A stretch of DNA of 64,000 nt. Origin: Octopus vulgaris. Its lineage: Eukaryota. The stretch is taken from NCBI GenBank assembly GCA_951406725.2, contig OX597842.1, positions 6,448,001 to 6,512,000 on the forward strand, read 5' to 3'. The notes under the pieces are model-generated. The model was given only the letters and a program-made list of their open reading frames with translations. It was not told the origin of the DNA and searched no databases. Each line of letters begins with the position of its first letter. Within the stretch, counting starts at the first letter, position 1. Shown in pieces: positions 53,237 through 64,000 of the stretch. The position numbers were made by a program, and so were the translations under genes.

Positions 53237-53351
53237 AGTCTGACTTGCGAAATTCCTCCAAGCATTTTGCCCGGCGTGAATGCGTTTGAATACTGTAACG
53301 TCCAAGTTGAGAGGTTAATAAAATCAACTAAACCCTTCCCCTCAAAATATG

Positions 53352-54476
53352 GGTTAATGTTTACTTTAACACCCGGACACCAAAAGAAAAAAGAAAAACA
53401 AGTATAATAGGTGTAAAAAAAATGTGTATTAAACGAATATGAAAACAAAAATTTGCACCAATGAATCCGGGGGTAGGGAGAGGACCTTTGGAAAGTTCAC
53501 TTCTTGTGTATAGAGCAGATTGTAATATTTAAAAAATGTGACTGCTGTTTCCTCTATCAAGATGATCCGTGTGGAAAAATCTTTCAGCAACATTTCAATG
53601 TCAAGGTAAACCTCAAGTGAAAAGGTGAGGTTATAACAAGTAGTGTTTAAGATAGATAACCCTGGTTATACTATTTGACAATGTGGTAGATCGCATTCTA
53701 TTCTAGCACCCAAAAATTTTTTAGATTCTTATAATTTTCGTTTGAGTAATAGAAAAAGGTTTTAAAAAAGATCCTAACGGTGGAGATGGGCTAAAAACGA
53801 CAGCTAAATCGCCCTTGACCTTTTTTCAATGGCGAAACCCTATTCAACACCACATTTATGAATTGATTACTCTCACCATAATACATGGGATCTTTCTTAA
53901 AACCTTTTTCGGTAATTGTTTAGTTTGGTTAGATAAAAAAAAAGGGATCTTTTCCTTTTTAACGGCACTTTGTAACATAATTTCTAGTTAACTAAACACT
54001 TTTAAACTTCGTATACTGGTAGAATGTGTGGATCTATCCTCTGTTCTTTGGTGGGTTCTACTAGCGAACAGTGGTCTATGTGCGCGCACACGCGTAGTTG
54101 CGCATCCGCGCTAGCTAGTCGTGACAAGTCGATCTTTACTTTGTGTTTTTGTGTGTTATTTACTTTGTTAAAAAAAATATTTACTTTGTGTTTTATTTAC
54201 TTTGTTCAACAAAATTTATTTGCTTTGTGTAAAAAGAATTATTTTGTGTTTTATTTACTTTGCTAGGATCGACTAGTCGTTGTAGGATCGACTAGTTACG
54301 AGTAGCTAGCGCGGATGCGCCACTACGCGCGTGCGCGCACCGGGACCACTGTTCGCTAGTAGTACCCATTGGTGCATCGTTACATACACATTTTTTAAAA
54401 ACCTATAACACATTTCTTGTTTTATTTTTGTTTGTTTGTTTGTTTTGGTGGCCGGGTGTTAAAGTAAGCATTAACC
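53352..54476. mobile_element. Larger TIR element hosting the 54053 MITE
   Basis: ggttaatgtttactttaacacccggacacc and ggtggccgggtgttaaagtaagcattaacc, with degenerate inverted arms of about 110 bp. Confidence 0.65.
54053..54367. mobile_element. MITE with CpG-rich TIRs of about 85 bp
   Basis: gggttctactagcgaacagtggtc ... gaccactgttcgctagtagtaccc, with an AT-rich tandem spacer. Confidence 0.82.
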
Positions 54477-54545
54477 AAAATAATTGCTGGCCTTGCGCCT
54501 AATTCAGAAATTTATATTTATTTATTTATTTTATATAACAATATA

Positions 54546-54768
54546 CCTATTTCTTTATTACCCACAAGGGGCTAAACACGGACGGGACAAACATAGGTAT
54601 TAAGTCGATTACATCGACCCCAGTGCGTAACTGGTACTTAATTTATCGACCCCGAAAGGATGAAAGGCAAAGTCGACCTCGGCGGAATTTGAACTCACAA
54701 CGTAACGGCAGACGAAATACCGCTAAGCATTTCGCCCGGCGTGCTAACGACTCTGCCAGCTCAGCGCC
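54546..54768 (-). mobile_element. SINE family B monomer
   Basis: Matches the family core. Confidence 0.85.
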
Positions 54769-54800
54769 TAGCGAGACAGTTATCTGCCCCTGGCAGTGAG

Positions 54801-54840
54801 CCGCCAAATTTAAATTTTGGTCGTTGGAAGAAAGGTGGGT
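54801..54840 (+). promoter_or_regulatory. Candidate cell-cycle promoter (E2F-like CCGCCAAA next to CHR-like TTTAAA) and possible short first exon
   Basis: ccgccaaa-tttaaa at 54801-54814 in unique sequence about 5.3 kb upstream of the NUF2-like start. A possible donor AAG|GTGGGT lies near 54835. Confidence 0.35.
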
Positions 54841-55055
54841 CGACTTTGTATATTATATGGCAATCTTTGGTTTAAAATGCATCTAACTGCGAGATCCAGC
54901 AGCAATATGTACTTACGTCAGTTTGTTTTAGTAATCGTTAGTTGCTTCATTGACTCATGAAGTTTTAACAGTAATTGATCTTAATAGTCATTTGATAAAA
55001 AGATTATTGTTTTTGTAAATTAGGGGAACGTTATTTTCATATTCGACAACACACA

Positions 55056-55119
<64 letters not shown>

Positions 55120-57073
55120 AATATATATATATCTGTCTGTCCATCCTTTTGTTTATCTATCTGACTATCTGTCAGTCAACGTATCTCTCTTTCTCTTTCT
55201 GTGCGTGTGTGTATATATATATATTTCTTTTTGGATTTGGCTTGCAAGATTCTTTATGTGAGTTCGTGTATTGAAACATTCTGTTGTGTCTGGGAAGAAT
55301 CATTTTGTTTTAGTGCCGTATTAATTCAACACACTCACCGGTAAAAGAGTCGAAACTATCGAAAAAGTTGCAAGACGCAACGAAAATTTTAGAAAAATAA
55401 AGAAGGAAATTAGTGGAAATTTTACCGGTGAGTGTGTTTAATTATAAGGCACTAAAAGAGAATGACTCTCCCCAGACACAACAGAATATATATATATGTA
55501 TGTATTTCTGTTTAATCTGACTCTCTATATATGTGTGAGAGAAGGCGTTCAAAGAAAATTTAAAACGTCTGTCCCTGCTTCATCATCGTTTTTTTTTTCA
55601 AACACTAATCACTGCTAAAATTTTCTTTTTCTATTTTACGTCATTTTTATTATGTTCCGATATAACCTCAGTCTAAACCAACTGAAAGTTATTTACCATC
55701 TACCTGTTTCAATAAGTGTGTTGTGGCTATGTTGGGGCACTGCCTGGAACAGGCCCCGATTCTTATTGTTTTAAAATAGCCTCATATTATTTATTGGTGG
55801 CTTTTTGTCAAACAGCTAGTTACAAGACGTAAACAAACCAAGCGGTGGTGGTGCATATATATAAACACACACACACAGGCGTAGGTGTGGCTGTGATAAG
55901 AAGTTGGTCTTCTAGCTACTGTTGGGTTCAATCCCACTGCGAGGCACCCTGGGTGTCTTCTACTCGGGTCCACGAAAGCCTTACGGTTGGACTTGGTTGA
56001 CGGAAACTGAAAGAAGCCTGTTGTATGTATACTTACGGAGACGATGACAAGTGATCGAGATCTTTGACGATATACTGTGCTGGAGAAGACTCGTGAAGCC
56101 CTTGTGGTTATTGCCAATGTCATGTGAATGGCCCCGTGAAATTATAGTCGTGGCCGTTGACGGTGGCAAAATCTTTTTCCCCACGAGAGTTCCGGACCCC
56201 AGTTATGAACTCATTTGCATACAACCAATCTGAGCTCAACTATCAAAGTAAATTATGAGCGCATAACAAGTGATGGGCGATAATATAAGGTCACAACGCT
56301 TCTTCTCTCTTTTAATAATACTTCTTGTTCTTGTTTCAACCATGGCTGCGTCTGCGTAGTTATTTGTGTTGTTGTTTACTTTCTAAAACAGTAAGGGGAG
56401 AGGGTTGCTAGCACATCACCCTCTACCCAGATTTTTTCATCCACATCTTTACCATATGGGGCCCTGACAAAATCCGATAATAGGTATAGATGCAAATCTA
56501 TCTAATTACTTGTCTCCTTCTGAAATCAGGCAGAACTTGGCAATCGGTCGACTTACACCCTACCAGCAAGCAAAAATTTTTTTCCCACAAGAGTTGCAGA
56601 CCCCAGTAATGAACTCCCTTGCATACAGCAAATCAGAGCTCACCTTCACCTTGTTATCAAGTTAACAAACACACCCTACCAAGTAAACTCAAGACGAAGA
56701 ATGTTGTGTTTGTTAACTTGATAACAAGGTGAAGGTGAGCTCTGATTTGCTGTATGCAAGGGAGTTCATTACTGGGGTCTGCAACTCTCGTGGGAAAAAG
56801 AATTTTGCTTGCTGGTGTCATGTAAATGGCACGTAAAAAGCACGCATTACACTCTTGGAGTGATTGGTGTTAAGGGCATCTAGCTGTAGAAACCAAATCA
56901 GGCTGGAACCTAGTGAGGCTCTCCAGCTTACTAGTTCCAGTTAAACCATCTAACCCATGCCAGCGTGGAAAATGGACGTTAAATGATGATGAGGATTTGT
57001 GTATATGTGTGTGTGTGTATAGATTGTTTGAAGTGATGTACAAATTTTATATTTTAAGAAAAAGAAGGTAGTA

Positions 57074-57455
57074 GGCGCAGGAGTGGCTGTGTGGTATGTA
57101 GCTTGCTAACCAACCACATGGTTCCGGGTTCAGTCCCACTGTGTAGCATCTTGGGCAAGTGTCTTCTACTATAGCCTCGGGCCGACCAAAGCCTTGTGAG
57201 TGGATTTGGTAGACGGAAACTGAAAGAAGCCTGTCGTATATATGTATATATATATATATGTGTGTGTTTGTCCTCCTAGCATTGCTTGACAACCAATGCT
57301 GGTGTGTTTACATCCCTGTCACTTAGCGGTTCGGCAAAAGAGACCAATAGAATAAGTACTGGGCTTACAAAGAATAGGTCCCGGGGTCGATTTGCTCAAC
57401 TAAAGGTGGTGCTCCAGCATGGCCGCAGTCAAAAGACTGAAACAAGTAAAGAGTA
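57074..57455 (+). mobile_element. SINE family A
   Basis: Full-length match. Confidence 0.9.
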
Positions 57456-57614
57456 GTCAAGAGTTGGATAAAAACTATTTATTTAATACTTTTGTCTCTT
57501 TCAGGAATTAATCATGAATGATTTCAAAGTAAATAGTTTTTATCCAAATCCTACCTCCTTTTCCTTAATATATATACCATGAGGTAGTGAGTTCAATTCC
57601 TGGACTGACTGTAT

Positions 57615-57809
57615 ACTCTTACTCTTTTACTTGTTTCTGTCTTTTGACTGCGGTCATGCTGGAGCACTGCCTTTAATCGAGCAACTTGACCCTGGGACTT
57701 ATTCTTTTGTAAGCCTAGTACTTATTCTATTGGTCTCTTTTGCCGAACCGCTAAGTAACGGGGACATAAACACACCAGCATCGGTTGTCAAGCAATGCTA
57801 GGGGGACAA

Positions 57810-57840
<31 letters not shown>

Positions 57841-58021
57841 CATATATACGATGGGCTTCTTTTCAGTTTCCGTCTACCAAATCCACTCACAAGGCATTGG
57901 TCGGACTTATTTTTTAAAGCATGTACTTATTCTATCAGTCTCTTTTGTGAACCGCTAAGTTATGGGTACATAAACACACCAACACCAGTTGTCAAGCAGT
58001 GATGGGGGAACAAACACAAAG

Positions 58022-58066
<45 letters not shown>

Positions 58067-58219
58067 TACGACGGGCTTATTTCAGTTTCTGTCTACCAAA
58101 TCCACTCACAAGACTTTAGTCAGCTTGAGGCTATAGTAGAAGACACTTGCCCAAGGTGCCACACAGTGGGACTGAACCCGGAACCATGTGGTTGGTAAGC
58201 AAGCTACTTACCACACAGC
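57615..58219 (-). mobile_element. Two partial SINE family A copies
   Basis: 57615-57903 and 57905-58219. Confidence 0.85.
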
Positions 58220-58689
58220 TGTGTTTTTGAGCAAGACATTTGATCTCCTATTACTCCAATTCACTCATCTGTAGAAATGATTTGCAATGTCACAATTGAA
58301 GTCTTTTGTGACCGAAGGGGGTCCTTAAGTGAGTCATGATGGTAGATATGGGAGGGCATTCAGAATGATAGGAGATAAGAGAAATACTTAGAATGGAGTC
58401 TGGCAGAAGGTGGAGAGAGAGAGCAGGGGCTGAGGGCACAGAAAGGAGGGGATTGATGGAAATAGTGTGGACAAAGATGATGAGAAATGGAAGTAGATCT
58501 AGGGGCATAGGGTGGGGGACAATTTAGGAAGGAATGGGATGTAATGTGTACCAGTAATGTGCGCAGGAATGGCTGTGTGGTAAGTAGCTTGCTTACCAAC
58601 CACATGGTTCCGGGTTCAGTCCCACTGCGTGGCACCTTGGGCAAGTGTCTTCTACTATAACATCTGGAGATCATTTTCACCAGTTTGTC

Positions 58690-59955
58690 CCATGTCTTCT
58701 TCTTCGGGTTTCATCCTCATTTAGTGACCAATACTTCCTTATGCAGCTGTTCTCGTCCATATACATCACATGGCCATACCAGCAAAGTCTTTTCTCTTGC
58801 ACATTACATCCAATGCCTCTTATACTCAGTTTTTCTCTCAACACATTTACACTTTGTCATATATCCACACTAATATTGTACATCCTGTGAAGCTTGCTAA
58901 CTTCATTTCTTTCAAGCCTTCATCTGCCCTCCACATTCACAACCCATGTTTCACTATCATGTAGTGTAGCTGTTTGTATACAGGCATCATGCAGTCTGCC
59001 TTTCACTCTGTGAGAGACGCTCTTTGTTACCAACAAAGTTAATAGCTCTCTAAACTTTTCCCAGCCAGTTCTTTTTCTAGCACACGGAGTTCTGTTTTTG
59101 ATTCGACGGTCATTCGGAATGCTCACAGCAGCCATATTCCTACCGCTCTATGTCACGCTGGTGAGACCCATCTTGGAGTACGAGATTCAAGCCTCTTCTC
59201 CTTATCTCCTCAAAGACATACATCATCTCGAAAGAGTCCAGAAGCTGGCTACCCGCATGGTTCTTGGTCTCAAGCATTTGTCTTATGAAGAAAGGCTGAA
59301 GACGCTCGACCTTTATTCTCTAGAAAAACGCTGCCGCCATGGTGATCTCATTCTTGCTCACAACATCATAAGCGGAAAGTGTAACCTCTCGAAAGAGCTG
59401 TTCTTCACTCCTGCTCCAGAGCGTCGGCTGTGGGGTCACTCCGAAAAGCTCTATCTGCGACGAATTCATCTCAATCGAAGGAGAGGGGCTTTCTCCGTCT
59501 GGGTTGCGGATCCGTGGAATAAGCTGTCGGACGAGATAGTGAAGATGCCGATGACCACTCAGTTCAAAGTCTCTCTTGACCAGAAATGGCCTGAACTCTT
59601 TGCATGAACACCCTCCCTGTACATAACTCCATGTCCCCCTACATGGCCTTGCTTTTTGCTTTTTGAGCCAAAAAATTAACTTAACTTAACTAGCTACTAT
59701 ATCCCCTCTACTGCTAATTAAGTCATCTAGGTGACAGAAACCATTTACTATCCTCCTGGGCATTTGAGGAAATCTATTTCCTGTGTGTTCTCAGTCTTTA
59801 TTGTTCCTGCACATTTGCCACACCTACAGACTACTTTCTCTGTTAGCCTTCCTGTAATTCCACTACTTCTCTTATGTGTCCATATCTTGCACTTGGTACA
59901 ACCGTATGGAATTTCTGACTTCACCTTTTTTAGATATCGAGCAGGGCCGTCTCCC
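58690..59955 (-). mobile_element. RTE-like LINE remnant interrupted by a CR1-like fragment
   Basis: GWEKFRELL...KGRL.DAC....LHDSETW; reading continues across the insertion. Confidence 0.75.
59082..59689 (+). mobile_element. CR1-like LINE 3' fragment
   Basis: LVRPILEY, LERVQKLATR and YEERLKTL motifs, a (TTAAC)n tail, and a ctagc duplication at 59077-59081 and 59690-59694. Confidence 0.9.
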
Positions 59956-60185
59956 TGAAGGAATTAGTAATTTATAGATGTGATGCACACCCATAGCTCT
60001 GTTTACTCACAAAGGTATTTGTCAGCCCAAAGCTAACGAATGGTCTGACTTGGTGGAAGATGAATGCAATGAAATTCTTTCTAACATTTTAACCTTTCTT
60101 TTCTTTTCCTTTCCAGATTTTCAGCTCAGAATCCTCTGGATTTAAGACAAACAGCAGACCCCATTATTCTTCTCACCGATAAACC

Positions 60186-60275
60186 ATGTCCCAGTTCTTT
60201 TTCCCTTTGCTAAAACTCGAAGAGATTCTGGAAAATTGGGACTTTGTAAAGCGCAGCGACTATGAGAAACCAGAA
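60186..60275 (+). CDS. NUF2: Probable NUF2 first coding exon (MSQFFFPLLKLEEILENWDFVKRSDYEKPE); exon starts at 60117
   Basis: Long pyrimidine tract plus AG ends at 60116. An in-frame TAA lies just before accATG, and the donor GAA|GTAAGT is phase 0. The peptide fits the Nuf2 N-terminal pattern FP.L...EI...D..KP (recalled, not searched). Confidence 0.75.
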
Positions 60276-60574
60276 GTAAGTACAGATTTGTATTTCCCAT
60301 CTACCCCTTCACCACCCAACTGTATGACCCCTCTACTTGTGTGTGTGTGAGACTGTCAGATGGTGCAAGTTTAGCTGTCATGTCTTTCATGTCCACTTTT
60401 GCCATCAGTTGGAGAAGACTTATGCCCTTTCCCACTCATCAATGCTGAATTGCTTCTCAAGTTCGCTCTCCTTTATTTCGCCAGTCTTTACACATTGAAA
60501 CTGCCAAACTACAAGGGTGGGATGCAAAGTTAAGAAGGTTGGCTAGGAAGGAGTGATGCCAAAGCTGTAAAGTC

Positions 60575-60784
60575 TTACTCTTTACTCTTTTACTTGTTTC
60601 AGTCATTTGACTGCGGCCATGCTGGAGCACCGCCTTTACTCGAGCAAATTGACCCCGGGACTTATTCTTTTGTAAGCCCAGTACTTATTCTATCGGTCTC
60701 TTTTTGCCGAACTGCTAAGTAACGGGGACATAAACACACCAGCATCGGTTGTCAAGCAATGCTAGGGGTACAAACACAGACACA

Positions 60785-60836
<52 letters not shown>

Positions 60837-61011
60837 CATATATATACGACGGGCTTCTTTCAGTTTCCGTCTACCAAATCCACTCACAAGGCTTTGTTCG
60901 GCTCGAGGCTATAGTAGAAGACACTTGCCCAAAGTGCCACGCAGTGGGACTGAACCCGGAACCATGTGGTTGGTAAACAAGCTACTTACCACGCAGCCAC
61001 TCCTACGCCTA
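60575..61011 (-). mobile_element. SINE family A in the NUF2-like intron
   Basis: Full-length match. Confidence 0.9.
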
Positions 61012-61130
61012 TGCATTAATTGCACCTCTTCTTATTAATAACAGCTTTGGCTTTGTTTCCATCCAGGTAAACTGACATTTGACTGTTCAAAGAGCACTTC
61101 AAAAGTAACTAGTAGAGACTTCTCTTGAAA

Positions 61131-61915
61131 ATGGACAAAATTTGACATGGTATTATCAAGTACCTGCAGAAAAAGGGTTTAGCACTCCAGGACATTCATG
61201 CTGACATGCGTGCTAAGTTAGGGGATGACACTCTAGTTTTATCAACAGTGCAAAAATGTGCAGCTGAATTTAGGAGGAGAAGGGAGGGTCTGGAAGATGA
61301 CCCAAGGTCTGGACGTCCTGCAACTGCCACCACTGAGGAAAATATTGTTTGTGTTCACCACATAATGATGGATGAGAGGTGATTGACTATAAATCAAATA
61401 GATAATGCTATTAGCGTATCCCATGAGAGAGTTGAGAATATTCTGCGCAATGGACTTGGCATGATGAAGGTTTCTGCTTGGCGGGTGCCGTGTCTTTTGA
61501 CATCTAATCAAAATGGTGCCAGGCTGACCACATCCCAGGACAATCTAACATTGTTTGGAGCAGATCCAGCTCATTTCCTTGAACATTTTCTAACTCAAGA
61601 TGAATGTTGGGTTCATCACGATGAGCCAGGGACAAAGGGACAATCCATGCAGTAGAAACACCCCTCCTCACCTTCTCCAAAGAAGGCTAAGGTCATTTCA
61701 TCTGCAAGGAAGGCATTGTTTTTGTTGAATATCTTCATAAAGGTCGCACCATTAATGGAGAGTACTATACCAACTTGCTGAGGCAGTTATGAAAACCTAT
61801 CAGGACCAAACATCCAGGAAAACTGATATCAGGGGACTTGTTTCATCAGGACAGTGCTCCAGCACACAAGTCCTTACTTTCTATGGCTGCTGTGCATGTC
61901 TGTGACTTTCAACTT
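61131..61915 (+). mobile_element. Mariner transposase pseudogene fragment
   Basis: LEDDPRSGRP, KVSAWRVP and LTQDECWVHH motifs with stops; truncated by a SINE. Confidence 0.88.
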
Positions 61916-62099
61916 TGCTTAGTCAAGCAAATCGACCCCAGGACTTATTCTTTGTAAGCCTTGTACTTATTCTATCGGTCTCTCTTGCCAAACCACTAAG
62001 TGACGAGGACGTAAACACAGCAGCTTTGGTTGTCAAACGATGTTGGCTTGTGGGGACAAACACAGACACACAAACATAATACACCCACAAACATATATA

Positions 62100-62228
62100 T
62101 TATTCACTCCACAAATGTTTGGTCATCAATGCTACACTTTCCCGTTTCACCTGTTTCAACATAACTGTAATATATTATATACAAACTATGCCATTTTAAT
62201 CCTGAGCAACGCTGGGTGTCTCTGCTAG
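62100..62228 (+). mobile_element. Helitron 3' end fragment
   Basis: cctgagcaacgctggg hairpin followed by CTAG|T. Confidence 0.6.
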
Positions 62229-62234
62229 TAATAA

Positions 62235-62740
62235 TCATCATCATCGTTTAACGTCCGCTTTCCATGCTAGCATGGGTTGGACGGTTCAACTGGGGTCTGG
62301 CAAGCCCGAAGGCTGCACCAAGCCAGTCAGATCTGGCAGTGTTTCTACAGCTGGATGCCCTTCCTAACGCCAACCACTCCGAGAGTGTAGTGGGTGATTT
62401 TATGTGCCACCGACACAGGTGCCAGACGAGGCTGGCAGACGGCCACGCTCGGATGGTGTTTTTTATGTGCCACCGACACAGGTGCCAGACGAGGCTGGCA
62501 GACGGCCACGCTCGGATGGTGTTTTCTTATGTGCCACCGACACAGGTGCCAGACGAGGCTGGCGAATGGCCACGCTCGGATGGTGTTTGTTACGTGCCCT
62601 CAGCACGGAGGCCAGTCGATGTGGTACTGGCTACGGTCACGTTCGGATGGTTTTCTTATGTGCCACTGGCACTGGTACCACAAGGATACAAATTCCATTG
62701 ATGTTCATCTATTTTGATTTGGTTTGATTTGATTTGATTT
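62235..62740 (-). mobile_element. Family C retroposon
   Basis: Same structure; another partial copy at 63838-64000. Confidence 0.85.
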
Positions 62741-62756
62741 ATATTTGTCATTGCAG

Positions 62757-62831
62757 GCGATTCGCTGGTTCAGGATCTATGCTCTCCTGTTTGAATCAAT
62801 TACAGGGGTGAAACTGGACAGTGTTGAAGAA
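62757..62831 (+). CDS. NUF2: Probable NUF2 second coding exon (AIRWFRIYALLFESITGVKLDSVEE)
   Basis: ttgcag acceptor, 75 nt open in phase 0, donor GAA|GTGAGT. It joins in frame to the previous exon and resembles the vertebrate Nuf2 segment [25 protein letters not shown] (IY......I.G.+L+). Confidence 0.77.
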
Positions 62832-62984
62832 GTGAGTATGGACACCAACTGGTTCCCTTTTCTCTCTCCTCCCTAATCCCTTCCTATATTATAGTTAATT
62901 TTTCTGCACCCAACTCTCGGCATCACCTCTTAATCAACTATCTAACTCAGAGGCTCTCAAAATAAAGAAAATTTAGTTCTAGAG

Positions 62985-63163
62985 CAGTGGTTTTCAACCA
63001 GGGTTCTGCAAGAAGTTACAAAACTGCTAAAATCAGCAGTAATTTTTAAGTCTCCTGTGCAGATATGTGTGCATAGTACTATTATATTATTGCACAGGGG
63101 TTCCTCGAGCCAGTGGAATGTTTCCTTGGGGTTCCGCTCCAGCAAAAAGTTTGAAAAGCACTG
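62985..63163. mobile_element. hAT-type MITE
   Basis: TIRs cagtggttttcaa / ttgaaaagcactg with a perfect 8-bp TSD ttctagag. Confidence 0.88.
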
Positions 63164-64000
63164 TTCTAGAGAGTAAACTTGGAGATTTTTAGATTTGTGC
63201 ATATTCTTTACAATCATAATTTTAGGAATCTGAAATTGAGAAAAAAATAGGGAGTTGGCCTGTTTTCCTTTTTACCACTTTATTCTATACTTCTTGTGTT
63301 GTTAATGAAATGGCCTGAAGGCGTAGAGCGTTGGGCTCACAAGCATGAGGTAATGAGTTCAATTCCCAGGCCAGGCTGTGTGTTGTGTTCCTGAGTACAC
63401 AATCATGTTACTCTAGTTCACTCAGTTGTAAAAATGAATTACAACATCACTGGTGCCAAGCTGTATCGGCCCCTTTGCCTTTCCCTTGGATAACATCGGT
63501 GGAGTGAAAAGGGGAGATTGGTATGCATGGGTGACTGTTGGTCTTCTACAAACAACCATGCCGGACTTGTGCCTCAGAGAGTAACTTTCTAGGTCCAAAC
63601 CTGTGGTCATTCACGACTGAAGGTGGTTTTTACCCTTTTAATGAAATAGCCTAAGACTGTATTCTGTTCATTATTAGTCACAAACTGACCAAGATACTAT
63701 CATGACTAAATGATATTTATTTTTCAACATGGTCTCCCTAGCACTGCTTCTAATTTATTATTGAATTTCTTCTTATGTATCCATCATGATGACATTCCAG
63801 CTAATGGTTTTTACACTATTTGTAAATTGCCTTAATATCATCATCATGGACGGTTCAACTGGGGTCTGGGGAGCCCGAAGGCTGCACCAGGCCAGTCAGA
63901 TCTGGCAGTGTTTCTACAGCTGGATGCCCTTCCTAACGCCAACCACTCCGAGAGTGTAGTGGGTGATTTTATGTGCCACCAACACAGGTGCCAGACGAGG

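Overview
Repeat-dense, AT-rich animal genomic DNA, not prokaryotic. The SINE families, long (TA)n/(TATC)n/(CAT)n microsatellites and repeat mix resemble an octopus or other coleoid cephalopod; that attribution is inferred, not checked. Two host genes are supportable. One is an intact single-exon Toll-like receptor ORF (31883-33982, +; signal peptide, LRRs, LRRCT, TM, TIR). The other is the first two coding exons of a probable kinetochore NUF2 gene (60186-60275 and 62757-62831, +), which the ORF track misses. Almost everything else is transposon-derived: several tRNA-headed modular SINE families, CR1-, RTE- and Tx1-like LINE remnants, a Ty3/gypsy remnant, mariner, Tigger and hAT remnants, MITEs and non-autonomous Helitrons. 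Most ORF-track entries are microsatellite or SINE artefacts. The most notable non-obvious signals are: (i) a set of minimal hammerhead-ribozyme folds, two with near-canonical cores, lying in or near inverted repeats beside (TA)n, a Penelope-like signature; (ii) several long fold-back hairpins; (iii) two locally templated insertions; (iv) a Tx1-like LINE found twice inside (TATC)n; (v) near-identical inverted mariner derivatives bracketing the TLR. I see no convincing wholly new multi-gene system. Repeat boundaries are by eye and approximate.
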